From NCBI GenBank assembly GCA_963822585.1, contig CAWGIE010000010.1:96001-160000 (forward strand): a stretch of 64,000 bases of DNA, written 5' to 3'. Origin of the DNA: an uncultured bacterium. GTDB taxonomy: Bacteria > Auribacterota > Erginobacteria > Erginobacterales > Erginobacteraceae. A program made the translations under genes and the position numbers. The notes beneath the pieces were generated by a model. The model had not been told where the DNA came from and did no database searches. It saw only the letters and a list, made by a program, of their open reading frames with translations. Positions 8,926 to 19,120 of this stretch are shown here, one piece after another; the stretch's first letter is position 1; every line of letters starts with the position of its first letter.

Positions 8926-11445
8926 ATGAAAACAGATAACTGGGAATATATCAAATACTGCGGTATGCGAATGTCGGGATTTCCCTTTGAACTGATAGAG
9001 CGTCTTAAGTTTTCCCGAACCGTTGAAAAAATGGAAACCCTTATTGAACTGGAAACCAAAATTCTGGCGGCCTCGGACGCAATCACAGAAAGCATTGATA
9101 AAAGAAAAAACGGTATTTCAAAAAAAGAGCTGAACCTCAACAACATACTCAAGAGCATTAATAAGAGAAAAAGGATCTCTCAAAAGGTGATTGAAAAGGC
9201 AGGAATGACCGAAGGGATAAATGATCTTAACGGCGCATTCCAATTATGGAATCGCGATATTGAGGCGTATCAGGAATGTTACAGTCTTACCAGAGGGATA
9301 TTTGAAGAGGAACTGACAGAGAAAAGGAGGGAACTATACCGTCTGGCAAAGGATGAGAAGATCCGCGAGGCCGTCTTTTTGTTCGCACCGGAGTTTTACC
9401 ACCGGCTGGAGCAATACAATAAGGAGGACTTTAAGAAGAAGTGGTCCTCAAAAATCAAACGTATCGAATTGAAACTTGCTTTGTATTTGCAGCGTCTCTG
9501 CGGCAAGAATGAGAACACGAGTTACTTTGGTGCGCTGGGATTCGGTGAGTTCGACAACAGGAATAGTGCCAACCTGAAATTCCAGGTTGATGAGTTTCAA
9601 CCGCTGGCGCGCCGGGATGTCTTTTTTTCCCACTGGTCAATTGACAAAATCGCATTTATCATCTCCATGGAACCCGAGATCAGAAAACAGATTGTATGTC
9701 GACTGGGGCCTGCCTGTCATATCAAATGGAAGCGGGCCCTGGTGGCCGGCCACGCGGGAATTTTTGAGATGACTGTTCAAACACATAAATTATCCAGCTT
9801 CCAATATTCCATTGTTAAGATGGGCACGAAGAGATTTACGATTGAAGAGATATTAAATGAATTTCCCGATCAGAAGGCGGATATTACTGATGCGGCGATA
9901 AGGAAACTCGCGCAAAAAGGAATCCTGATCGATACAATCAAAATACCGTCAGGTACCAAAGATCCCTTGACGGATTTGATTAAAGCGCTCAGGACGTTTA
10001 AACAGAATGTAAGAGTTGAATATTGGATTAATAGAGTAACTCGATTAAAGGAACTGTCGGATAAGTTCGCCGGAGCAGACCTGACGCGTAGAGTGGGTAT
10101 ATTCGAGGAGATTGAAAAAGAGTATAATGATATTACCGGACTGGAGCCGCGGAGACGTGGGGGCAATTTCTATTCGGATCGGTTTGTCATTTTTGAGAGT
10201 TGTGTAAGAAATATTAAAGAACTTGAAATAGGCGGGCGAATAATAGCGGATTTAGAGGATAAGCTCTCCTGGCTTCATGAGGTCTACTATCTGTCAAAGG
10301 TCTTGAATGCGGAATATGTAAATAAAATAATCAAAGGTTGGATAAGAAAAATACTGAAATGGAGATACCAGAAAAGCATGCCATTCATTCCGGCCTTGAA
10401 GAAGTACAAGGAGAAAGGGTTTGATTCGCCGCTTAAAGATGATTCCATTCAGAATATTTATAACTTTTTAATCGCGGAACTGAAAACGAATGGAGAAAAG
10501 GGGTTATCGGGCAAATGTTCGATCGGCAGCGAAACCCGGGAAAAAATAATCAATCACCTGAGGAGAGTAACGGATAAATGCAAGAAGGGGGCGTCTTTTC
10601 TCAGCCCTGATTTTTTCATCGCGGGAAACAGTATCGAGGAAATAAATAAGGGGAATTACAAAATAGTAATCGGAGAACATCATCCCGGTATCGGAATAAC
10701 GGGGTTGGTCGAACTTGGTGATGAAATAATAAATCTGATCGCTGATGAGTCGATACGGAAAATCAGGAAGAATTTTCATGGCGAAATCGAGGGAAAGGCA
10801 TTGGCGCATACGTGCGGGCTGCACCCCAACAAGACATTTATGTATGAAAGATTTCCCGGCGTATGCGATGTCTGCGTTACGGGAGAATCAACCTTGCCTC
10901 CCCGGCAGCAGATGGATCTGAACGACATACGGATAACATCGAAAGGTCGCGAGGTGTTCTTATACAGTAAAAAAATAAAGAAGAATCTGCGATTCATATT
11001 CGGAGAAATTTCCGCGCTTCTGCTTCCCTTTCTGCTGAACAAGGTTGTATTATTCAGACTTCAGGATGTCTCTCAAAAGCATTCTCCCCGGATCGAACTG
11101 GATAATATTATCTTGGAGAGGGAAAGATGGAACTTTCCGAGAAGTGCATGGGACAAGTTGTTTGACTTGGATGATTTTGATCTGTTTTTTCAGCTAAACC
11201 ACGGCTTAAGAAAGTTTAATATTCCTAAATACGTTTTTGTAAAGACCGACAAAGAAAGAAAGCCGATTATGGTCGACTTCGACAATTTATTTCTGATATT
11301 GAATCTTAAGAAAATGATTGCTGGTTCCGAATCATATACAATAACAGAAATGATTCCTGCGCCCGATCAATTATGGTTCAGAGACCGGGCTGGCAGATAT
11401 ACATGCGAGTTCAGATGTACAGCCTTTAGGAAGGCTGATGACTGA
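8926..11445 (+). CDS. Small LanB-type protein lacking an elimination domain (PEARL-like peptide aminoacyl-tRNA ligase)
   Basis: 839 aa; MRMSGFPFELIERL, LYLQRLCGKNENTSYFG, RRRGGNFYSDRFVIFESC, VIGEHH, ERKPIMVDF, TEMIPAPDQLW...RYTCEFR. Confidence 0.85.
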   Translation: MKTDNWEYIKYCGMRMSGFPFELIERLKFSRTVEKMETLIELETKILAASDAITESIDKRKNGISKKELNLNNILKSINKRKRISQKVIEKAGMTEGINDLNGAFQLWNRDIEAYQECYSLTRGIFEEELTEKRRELYRLAKDEKIREAVFLFAPEFYHRLEQYNKEDFKKKWSSKIKRIELKLALYLQRLCGKNENTSYFGALGFGEFDNRNSANLKFQVDEFQPLARRDVFFSHWSIDKIAFIISMEPEIRKQIVCRLGPACHIKWKRALVAGHAGIFEMTVQTHKLSSFQYSIVKMGTKRFTIEEILNEFPDQKADITDAAIRKLAQKGILIDTIKIPSGTKDPLTDLIKALRTFKQNVRVEYWINRVTRLKELSDKFAGADLTRRVGIFEEIEKEYNDITGLEPRRRGGNFYSDRFVIFESCVRNIKELEIGGRIIADLEDKLSWLHEVYYLSKVLNAEYVNKIIKGWIRKILKWRYQKSMPFIPALKKYKEKGFDSPLKDDSIQNIYNFLIAELKTNGEKGLSGKCSIGSETREKIINHLRRVTDKCKKGASFLSPDFFIAGNSIEEINKGNYKIVIGEHHPGIGITGLVELGDEIINLIADESIRKIRKNFHGEIEGKALAHTCGLHPNKTFMYERFPGVCDVCVTGESTLPPRQQMDLNDIRITSKGREVFLYSKKIKKNLRFIFGEISALLLPFLLNKVVLFRLQDVSQKHSPRIELDNIILERERWNFPRSAWDKLFDLDDFDLFFQLNHGLRKFNIPKYVFVKTDKERKPIMVDFDNLFLILNLKKMIAGSESYTITEMIPAPDQLWFRDRAGRYTCEFRCTAFRKADD

Positions 11446-11583
11446 AGAATTCCCGCCGGATTTTCATCTCTTCATCCCGAAAATCGGGGGAGAGGAAGAC
11501 TTCATCTGGTTTGCCATTCACCAGAAGGACTTTAGCCGGATATATTTTTATTGATATGGATGAGCGGCGGTAGAGAGGATCGG

Positions 11584-11645
11584 CCGGAAGATAAATAAAA
11601 ACCCCCGGACCGCGTTGTCGCGGTCCGGGGGTTTTTATCTTCCGG
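11584..11645. terminator. Bidirectional terminator hairpin between convergent genes
   Basis: taaaaacccccggaccgcg-ttgt-cgcggtccgggggttttta. Confidence 0.8.
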
Positions 11646-11674
11646 GCCCATGGACTCACTTGCGACATCTTTAT

Positions 11675-13777
11675 TTAACGAGGTTCATCCGGGTCTATTC
11701 TTTCAGCGATGCCGACCCTTACGGGATCTGTTGTATAATCATAAACAGTATAGTAATGGTCTATAAACATCGATCCTGCTAATAATTCATCGGCTGTGCT
11801 GGAATCTTTTGTCGCCTGCAATCCATGAAAAGCTAAGCGCCAGCCATCAGGAAATTCTTGAAAATATTCATGCGCGGTCAAAGTATAATTATTGGGATTG
11901 CCGTCTTGATCGACTAAAACGATCGTAAGATCGGGATAGTTATCCAGATCGGAGGCTTTTGTTACTTTTTGAGGTTTTTCTCCATTTGAAGTGATCAGAT
12001 TAATTATTTCGGAAATAATCTTAGGATCTCCTTTAAATCTCGAAGAACCGGTATCGAGAACAAAAGTAACATTCTTGGAAGGTAATTTGACTTGCGCGTC
12101 ACCGACCAGTATCTTGTCTAAATCAACGGCCCAAAAACAAAGGTTGTTATCGGCGGCGGACGCTTTTTCGTCCACCGAATAATATTTGAGGGTTTTGGGA
12201 TTATATCTGCTGCTATCCAAGCCGCCAAAAATCACCTCGCCCCTGTTAAATTCACGACTTGTCCAATAGGATACTAATTTCCTATCAATAAGCTTGTGAC
12301 TGATCAGCATATCCATCACGTGATCCGATGGATTACCCGCGCTATCGGAAGGAATTGACAAAGAACCATCTTGCACTAAATCGTCCCAATTTGTATTAAA
12401 TGTTCCATCTGGGTTTTTCCCGTCAATAAGCTTGGTGGCTTCCATAAATTTCATTCCGGGTAGACCGTATAATTTTCTGAGGCATTTATCTTGCTTGGGA
12501 TTACTAGCCCAGAAACACCAATTATCCTGGCTTACCTTGTAGGCAAACTCTCCCCACGGACCTAACTGGCTTAACTTTTCTTCTCGATCTATCCATTTAT
12601 GTGTCTTTGAATCCGAGAAATCATATCTACTATGATGTTTGCAGGGGACGGTATCGCATTCTTTTGAAGTTACCCAGGTACAGGCCGTTCCGGTATCAAA
12701 AATGAACTTAAACAGCTGCAAATCATCCCGGCCGGTATTACCGGAACAGTCGCCTATCGCCATTTCCACGTACCATGGGGTGGCTCCGTTATTTTTAGCA
12801 AGCCCCCTGTATACGGGAAGAACCAGCGTTCCGGCTTCTTCCGGCTCCATCGCGTTCTTCTTGCCTTCATCTTGCTGTTTGACTAGAGAGATATATGAAA
12901 GTCTGTTTGACGTATATTTGGTTAAAGAAAAGGTCTTAAAGCCGTATAAGTCCAATCTTCCTTCTTTTTCATGCAGCAATCCCGAGAGAGCCATTTGAGA
13001 ATGGTGGTTGTTCCCCTTAGAGTCTCTATTTGAAATGACCAAAGAAACAGCGCGAATTCCCGCCGGCGCGGGTAAAGGAGACGCCAGATCATAGTCATAA
13101 CAACCGTTAAAAGGAAATTCATCCCCTGCGATGCTGCAGATACCTTCAACGAACCCGTCTTTCGTAGCTTTTTCAATCACGAGAGTGATAAGCTCGTTCC
13201 CCCATGTTCCAATAATGGGGCTGACATCAGAGTATTCCTTAACCGGGGGCTTGGTGGTTTCCCATGACTGGTCATAATATCGCTTGAATGTCAGTGACTC
13301 GGGATAAAGCCCTTCCTCGGCATTTTCTCCCTCATGGACTGATGAGGTGCTCAATGCATTGATAAGCTCCATTTTCTCCTGATCTTTATCCACAAAATAT
13401 TTACCGGACATCGTTGATGTCCAGTGCGAACCGGTGCCGCCCTCTCCTCCCACATAACTACGCCAAGCAATTGCTAAAGCAACTGTTGTCCCCCGAGATT
13501 TTGAAGTTGGCTCGGGATCGTAGAAGCCAACTATTTTGTATACGCCGGTAGATCCGGTCGTAGAACTATAATAACCGGTTATTGCTCCTCCCTCCGCCTG
13601 AAGTCTCATGATAGAACCATAACTATTAGTCCACACGCCGTTGATAGGATCTTTATCTTGAGTAATAACAGCTTTGTCCTTTGCGGCCGTATCATTATCC
13701 GCGACCGCCTTCGGCATCAATACTAAAGCTCCCAAAAGAATTAAAACCAAAAAACCCGCGCCGTTAATTTTTTTCAG
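11675..13777 (-). CDS. Secreted fusion: avidin-like domain(s) + pepsin-like (A1) aspartic protease
   Basis: Signal peptide; GVWTNSYGS..ITGYYSS..IAWRS (avidin-like), second GTWGNEL; then YVEMAIG, FIFDTGT, CDTVPC, VLDTGSS, LAGSMFIDHYYTVYD. Probable CTG start after AGGAGG (ORF track starts at 13750). Confidence 0.85.
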   Translation of the reverse strand: MKKINGAGFLVLILLGALVLMPKAVADNDTAAKDKAVITQDKDPINGVWTNSYGSIMRLQAEGGAITGYYSSTTGSTGVYKIVGFYDPEPTSKSRGTTVALAIAWRSYVGGEGGTGSHWTSTMSGKYFVDKDQEKMELINALSTSSVHEGENAEEGLYPESLTFKRYYDQSWETTKPPVKEYSDVSPIIGTWGNELITLVIEKATKDGFVEGICSIAGDEFPFNGCYDYDLASPLPAPAGIRAVSLVISNRDSKGNNHHSQMALSGLLHEKEGRLDLYGFKTFSLTKYTSNRLSYISLVKQQDEGKKNAMEPEEAGTLVLPVYRGLAKNNGATPWYVEMAIGDCSGNTGRDDLQLFKFIFDTGTACTWVTSKECDTVPCKHHSRYDFSDSKTHKWIDREEKLSQLGPWGEFAYKVSQDNWCFWASNPKQDKCLRKLYGLPGMKFMEATKLIDGKNPDGTFNTNWDDLVQDGSLSIPSDSAGNPSDHVMDMLISHKLIDRKLVSYWTSREFNRGEVIFGGLDSSRYNPKTLKYYSVDEKASAADNNLCFWAVDLDKILVGDAQVKLPSKNVTFVLDTGSSRFKGDPKIISEIINLITSNGEKPQKVTKASDLDNYPDLTIVLVDQDGNPNNYTLTAHEYFQEFPDGWRLAFHGLQATKDSSTADELLAGSMFIDHYYTVYDYTTDPVRVGIAERIDPDEPR

Positions 13778-14125
13778 GGCGGACCTCCTTTTGCCAGGTT
13801 TTCAATAAAACCTGAGATATTGTCGAATGTTGTGGATGAGAATTTTTCAAGAGTATCCTTTCCAACATGGAAATTCGGTAACCGTCCGGCAAAACCATTC
13901 ACGACCTTAAATATATATATGGCGGAAAAAGGAATCAAGAGGCAAGAGCTTGATGGGATGAACCGCCGCTCCCGTGGGACACCCTGAAAAATGGCTTCGC
14001 CATCCGGGGGGAGGCCTGGCCGGGAAACCCCCTCACCCGGCCTCACTTCGTTCGGCCACCCTCTCCCCCGAAATCGGGGGAGAGGGAGACTGGCGGCGAT
14101 CCTTCCGGGTTGCGGAAAAATTTTC

Positions 14126-14153
14126 TTGCCGGGGGGGAGGAAACTTGTATAGT
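14126..14153 (+). promoter_or_regulatory. Putative sigma70 promoter for the tRNAs
   Basis: TTGCCG-N16-TATAGT, ~14 bp before tRNA-Lys. Confidence 0.55.
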
Positions 14154-14167
14154 AAGCGCCACGATCC

Positions 14168-14240
14168 GCCTCCGTAGCTCAATTGGTAGAGCAGCGGACT
14201 CTTAATCCGTTTGTTGAAGGTTCGAGTCCTTCCGGAGGTA
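14168..14240 (+). tRNA. tRNA-Lys(CTT)
   Basis: Acceptor GCCTCCG/CGGAGGT, D-arm TAGCTCAATTGGTAGAGC, anticodon loop CTCTTAA, GGTTCGAGTCC. CCA not encoded. Confidence 0.95.
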
Positions 14241-14297
14241 TTTTATTTCCCCTTGGGGAAATAAAATAATGCACAATTTTTGCGCAGCAAAAATTGT

Positions 14298-14370
14298 GGC
14301 CCCTTCGTCTAGTGGCCCAGGATGCCGGATTCTCAGTCCGGAGACAGGGGTTCGACTCCCCTAGGGGCTA
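14298..14370 (+). tRNA. tRNA-Glu(CTC)
   Basis: Acceptor GGCCCCT/AGGGGCT, anticodon arm CCGGA-TTCTCAG-TCCGG, GGTTCGACTCC. Confidence 0.95.
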
Positions 14371-14418
14371 TTAAAAATGCCGCCCCCCCGAATTTATTCG
14401 GGGGGGCGGCATTTTTAA
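14371..14418. terminator. Bidirectional terminator
   Basis: ttaaaaatgccgcccccccgaat-tt-attcgggggggcggcatttttaa. Confidence 0.85.
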
Positions 14419-14430
14419 TAATAGAGTCGG

Positions 14431-15933
14431 TTATAGCCCTGCCGCGGCGGGGACGGGGGATCGCTTTGACGACTCCACCTGCTGTTCCTTCGGGAAGGGG
14501 TGGAGGTAGATCTGCTGGAGAAATTTCGGGACGATGGCCTTGAAAGGCGTTTCCTCCTCGATATGCTCGGCCAACCCCCGCGAGGAGTCGGGCTGGCCGT
14601 GAACGATGAAGATCTCCCCGATCCGCTTGAACTTCTTCAGCCAGTCGACGATCTGCCGCCAGTCGGCGTGCCCGGAAAAGCTGCTCAGGTAGTACGACTT
14701 GGCCCGCACCGGGACCGTTTTGCTTCCGATCTTCACCGACTCCGCCCCGTCCAGGATCTGCCTTCCCAGCATCCCCTCCGGCTGGTAGCCGACGAAGATG
14801 ACGGCGCTGTTGGGGTCGGGGAGGTACTCGGCCAGATGGGTGCGGATGGAGCCGACGTTAGCCATCCCGCTGGGGGCGAGGATGACGGCGGGACCGTGTA
14901 GTTTCCCCGGGGGCGCGGACTCTTTCAAGCCGGGAAAGGAGAGGGGCGGCCTCCCCCGACGGCTCTCTTCCTGGGTCTCTTTATTCAGAAGAGAGATGTT
15001 TTTACGGTAGAGCGCGGTCATCTTGTTGGCGTAGACACTGTCGACATAGACGTCGAAGGACCGTTCGAATTCCCGGTTCCGGATCATCCGGCCGAGAAAA
15101 CAAAGAACATTCTGGGTCCGGGAGAGGACGTAGGAGGGGATCAGAACCTTGCCTCCCCGCTTGACAGTGTCATTGACGATCTGCCGAAATTTCGCCAGGT
15201 CGGCGGCATTGTCGGAATGCCGGCGGTTGCCGTAAGTCGACTCACAGATCAGGTAGTCGGTATCTTCCACGGTCTCCTGGGGGCGGAGAAGAGGGTCGGC
15301 GGGGTTGCCGATATCGCCGGTGAAGAGGAGGGAGTAGTCGTTGCCGCCGTTCTGGAAATCGAGGTCGATCATGGCCGAGCCGAGGATGTGGCCCGCTTCC
15401 AGGAAACGGAGCCGCAGCCCGTCCTGGAAGGTGTAGACCTGGTCGTATTTGCAGGGGACCAGGCTCCTGAGCGCCCTTTCGACGTCGTTCCGGCTAAAGA
15501 GCGGCGTGTCTTTGGAGAGGATCCAGTCGAGGAGCCGCAGCATCTCCCCGGCCACCTGGGCGGTCGCTTCGGTGCAGTAGACCTTGCCTCTGAAACCGTT
15601 CTTCACCAGGTAGGGCAGACGCCCGATATGGTCGCCGTGGGCGTGGGTTATAAAGATGTAGTCGATATCGCGGGGATCGAAGGGCACGAACCGGTTCCTC
15701 CGATCCACCTCCCGCTCCGGGTACCCCTCATCCTGGAAAAGGCCGGCATCAAGGAGAATGGTCTTGGAACCGGTGTAGAGCAGGTGACAGGACCCGAAGA
15801 TGGTGCCGTTGGCTCCGCAGAACTTGAGGTAGGGGCGGGTATCGGATGCAGTGCCGAAAGACGCGGGAGAGATCAGGATCGCGATCAGGAGAAACGATAT
15901 AATCGTCAGGGCACTTTTTCTCGCCAGTTTCAT
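14431..15933 (-). CDS. MBL-fold beta-CASP ribonuclease-like protein with N-terminal signal/TM segment
   Basis: THAHGDHIG, AGHILGS, TGDIG, ESTYG, SGHAD, VHG motifs. Confidence 0.9.
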   Translation of the reverse strand: MKLARKSALTIISFLLIAILISPASFGTASDTRPYLKFCGANGTIFGSCHLLYTGSKTILLDAGLFQDEGYPEREVDRRNRFVPFDPRDIDYIFITHAHGDHIGRLPYLVKNGFRGKVYCTEATAQVAGEMLRLLDWILSKDTPLFSRNDVERALRSLVPCKYDQVYTFQDGLRLRFLEAGHILGSAMIDLDFQNGGNDYSLLFTGDIGNPADPLLRPQETVEDTDYLICESTYGNRRHSDNAADLAKFRQIVNDTVKRGGKVLIPSYVLSRTQNVLCFLGRMIRNREFERSFDVYVDSVYANKMTALYRKNISLLNKETQEESRRGRPPLSFPGLKESAPPGKLHGPAVILAPSGMANVGSIRTHLAEYLPDPNSAVIFVGYQPEGMLGRQILDGAESVKIGSKTVPVRAKSYYLSSFSGHADWRQIVDWLKKFKRIGEIFIVHGQPDSSRGLAEHIEEETPFKAIVPKFLQQIYLHPFPKEQQVESSKRSPVPAAAGL

Positions 15934-16442
15934 CGATGGATATCCCGATTAAAATTACTTTACTATATCATATCGCCGCCAGGAAACCAAGACACCAATT
16001 TACGTACACAGATGGATTCGACTCCGCTCACCACAAGTTTACACAGAAGGACACAGAGTGCGTTCCCCCACCTCACCCCCCTTTATAATAAACTACGAAT
16101 TGCGCGAATTACGCGAATTGATTTTTAAGGTTCTCTTCTATTTTATGTGGGTAATCATTTTGGATTTACCGAAGAGTGAATAAAAATAATGAGGGGTATC
16201 CGATATATATAAACAAATATTTCCTCTCCCCCTTCGGGGGAGAGGATTAAGGTGAGGGGGTTGATGTCAATACCCCTCACCCCAACCCTCTCCCCTAAAA
16301 GGGGAGAGGGAGAAAAGAATGAGATATAGTTGGATAGAGATCGCGCGGATAAATACTTACACACACGCAAAATGAAAGAGAAATCAATGCCGAGGAGCGC
16401 CGGCCGTTCTTGTTCTTGCTCAATCAAAGGGCTTGTGGGAGA

Positions 16443-16961
16443 ATGCGGATGAATAATATGAAGATGGATCCGGTCAAAAGAGCAGTCTGGGAAGAGATCG
16501 CCCGGGACCTCTCCGGCAGTCGGAAGAGCGCCGTCGCCCTCTGTTCCCCCGTTGATTTCCGACGCTTCCTGGCCGGTGTGCCTGGGATCCCTTTCCTGCT
16601 GGAAGATCTGGATCCGGGAAAGCCGGCACCCCGGGAAGAAGGTTCCCGCGACCTCTTCATCGGCTGGCACCTGGTGGGGGAAGAAGACGACCGGATCGCT
16701 CCGGAGACAATATACGGCCTGCTCAGAAAAGGAGGGGAGGCCCGGCTTTTCGGGTTTTATCTTCATCCCCGGCCCGACGACCTCCGGGAATGGGAAAGTC
16801 GGATCCGGCGGGGGGCCGAGCCGGCGGAGATACGGTCGCCGCTGCCGGGGGCGATCGGGATCGGCCGGATCAGCGGCTGGCTGAAGGATTCACCGTTCGT
16901 CCGGTACGTGATCCGAAAGAAAGGGCTCTATTACCAGGCGATTTTGAGTAAAGAAAGTTGA
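16443..16961 (+). CDS. Hypothetical protein
   Basis: Coding-like ORF with upstream GGGAGA; start uncertain. Confidence 0.55.
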   Translation: MRMNNMKMDPVKRAVWEEIARDLSGSRKSAVALCSPVDFRRFLAGVPGIPFLLEDLDPGKPAPREEGSRDLFIGWHLVGEEDDRIAPETIYGLLRKGGEARLFGFYLHPRPDDLREWESRIRRGAEPAEIRSPLPGAIGIGRISGWLKDSPFVRYVIRKKGLYYQAILSKES

Positions 16962-17118
16962 ACATCCCACGAAATGTATTTTTACCACGAAGAACACGAA
17001 GGACACGAAGACGGCTTATAAGGGAGAAAAAAATATTCTTATTCATTAATAATCTTCGTGTTCTTCGTGCCCTTCGTGGTTGTCTTTTAATATAGAATAT
17101 TCTTTGCCAGAAGGTTTG

Positions 17119-17820
17119 ATGATGAGTTTGGTAAAAGTCAATATATTGATTGCAATGGTTGTCTTCGCGAGTATGACACCCGCCGGCATGGCTGCTCCGG
17201 AAAAGACGGCGGACGTCAACCGGATCGTTTACAAGATGGAGTCGGTCCGGGATAAGATCGATGACCTGACGGCCACGGTGGAGATCCTCCCGACGGCGGA
17301 CCAGGCCGGGCAGTCCGAGACCGGCATGATCACCCTGAATTACAAGAAGCCGGATAAACTGAAGACCGAGGTCAAGGGCGGCCGCCAGGTCCTTATCAAC
17401 GGCGACCGGATGTGGATCTATTCCCCCGATCTGGGGGTCGTCGAAGCCTACCATCTGAAAGATGAAGAGCAGCAACAGGCGACTTTGTATGAAATGAGCT
17501 GGGGGCTGACGTCTCCGATCAAGGTGCTCCTGCGGGGAACGAACCGTTCGGCAAAACTCCAGGCGGACGGCTCCTATCTGATAACGGTGGTTCCGGACCA
17601 GAAGGACTCCGAGATCAGGGAAGTTCGGGCCGTGGTCGACCCCCGGACCTGGCTGATCAGCAGGATGGTTATCTCCCGGCAGGGCCGGCCCCCGGTGCAA
17701 CTGGAAATCAAGGACTGGCGGATTAACTCCGGGCTCCCCGACACGTTTTTCGATTTTACGCTGCCGGAAGGAGCGGAACTCTTTGATGCCCTGGAGACGC
17801 AAGGGGAGGTTCTGCAATAG
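17119..17820 (+). CDS. lolA: Outer-membrane lipoprotein carrier LolA-family protein
   Basis: Signal peptide; YKKPDKLK, INGDRMWIYSP, NSGLPDTFFDFTLPEGA. Confidence 0.8.
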   Translation: MMSLVKVNILIAMVVFASMTPAGMAAPEKTADVNRIVYKMESVRDKIDDLTATVEILPTADQAGQSETGMITLNYKKPDKLKTEVKGGRQVLINGDRMWIYSPDLGVVEAYHLKDEEQQQATLYEMSWGLTSPIKVLLRGTNRSAKLQADGSYLITVVPDQKDSEIREVRAVVDPRTWLISRMVISRQGRPPVQLEIKDWRINSGLPDTFFDFTLPEGAELFDALETQGEVLQ

Positions 17821-17892
17821 ATCCGGCATGAATGTGCGCGCGGCAAATCTAATTGTTTGCTTCGGAATTTTCAAGGAAGAGAAAATCGGTAG

Positions 17893-18127
17893 TGTAGTAT
17901 CGTCCTTTCGCTTTGCTGCCCTTCGGCAAGCTCAGGGTCTGCGACAGGACTTGCAGGATCAGAATGCCTGCGGCATTCTTTGTAGGAAATTGTAGGATCG
18001 CTTCGCTTGCGGTTCGGCAAGCCTTGCCTCCGGCAAGGCGATACTGCATTTACTACAACTACTACAAGTCCTTCACGGAGTGAAGGACGATCCTACATAA
18101 ATTTGAGAGCGAAGCGAGCTAATTTAT
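17893..18127. mobile_element. ~225-bp MITE-like palindromic element, copy 1
   Basis: Inverted ends TGTAGTATCGTCCTT..AAGGACGATCCTACA; copies at 19954-20177 and 42377-42599; tail alone at 21883-21912. Confidence 0.8.
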
Positions 18128-18129
18128 CT

Positions 18130-18897
18130 ATGGATATCCTTGATAAAACCGGGAGCAAGATACTGGAAATTTTCCAGGGGATGGGAGGGACGGTCGTTCT
18201 TCTCTTCCGGGGGTTTTACTGGTTCAAGACCACCCTGAAATACCGGGTGCCGATCATCGAGCAGATGCTCCTCTGCGGCGTGGAAAGCCTGCCGGTCGTG
18301 ATGGTGGTCGCCCTCTTCACGGGGATGGTGCTGGCGCTCCAGACCGGCCACGAGCTGGCCCAGTTCCAGCTCCAGGGGACGATCGGCAATATCGTCGCCG
18401 CCTCCATCTGCCGCGAGATGGGGCCGGTCTTCGCCGCCATCATCGTGGCCGGCCGGGTCGGTTCGGCGATGGCGGCCCAGCTGGGAACGATGAGGGTTTC
18501 AGAGGAGATCGACGCCCTGGAGGCGATGTCGATCAACCCGATCCGCTACCTGGTGATGCCCCGGATCTGGGCGCTCCTGGTGATGCTCCCCATCCTCACC
18601 GCCTTCGCCGACCTGGTCGGCATCGTGGGAGGAGGGGTGATCGCCCGTCTCCAGATCGGGATCAGTTACTACACCTATTTCGACGGGGTGATGAGCAACC
18701 TCGAGATCAAGGACATCTACACCGGGATGGTGAAGGCGGTCGTTTTCGGCCTGACGATCGCGGCCGTCGCCTGCTACCAGGGCCTGAACGCCCGCGCCGG
18801 AGCGCAGGGCGTGGGCCGGGCGACCACCCGGTCGCTGGTGTTTTCGTTTCTGATGGTCCTGGTCTTCGACTATTTCATCACCGCTATTTTCTACTGA
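18130..18897 (+). CDS. mlaE: MlaE-family ABC permease
   Basis: REMGPV, AGRVGSAMAAQLGTMRVSEEIDALEAM, GAQGVGRATT. Confidence 0.93.
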   Translation: MDILDKTGSKILEIFQGMGGTVVLLFRGFYWFKTTLKYRVPIIEQMLLCGVESLPVVMVVALFTGMVLALQTGHELAQFQLQGTIGNIVAASICREMGPVFAAIIVAGRVGSAMAAQLGTMRVSEEIDALEAMSINPIRYLVMPRIWALLVMLPILTAFADLVGIVGGGVIARLQIGISYYTYFDGVMSNLEIKDIYTGMVKAVVFGLTIAAVACYQGLNARAGAQGVGRATTRSLVFSFLMVLVFDYFITAIFY

Positions 18898-19120
18898 GAG
18901 AGCGACAAAGACGCTCTCTCAGTAGAAAATAAATATAAAAGCGTCTGCAACCGAAATAAAACCTTGATACCTAATAGAATGTGGGGGCTCAGCATTTGGG
19001 CATAGCATCCTGGACGTTAAAACAGGCAAGCATTACTCCACTATTCCAATACTCCGACATTTCCGGTACTTACGTCAGGCAGGGTAGGCAAAATAATGCA
19101 AGGCGGGAACGGGTTATAAG

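Noticed and set aside
14168..14370. tRNA as integration site of the 1-14 kb island
   Set aside because: The island lies 5' of the tRNAs, and I saw no duplicated tRNA 3' end or integrase.
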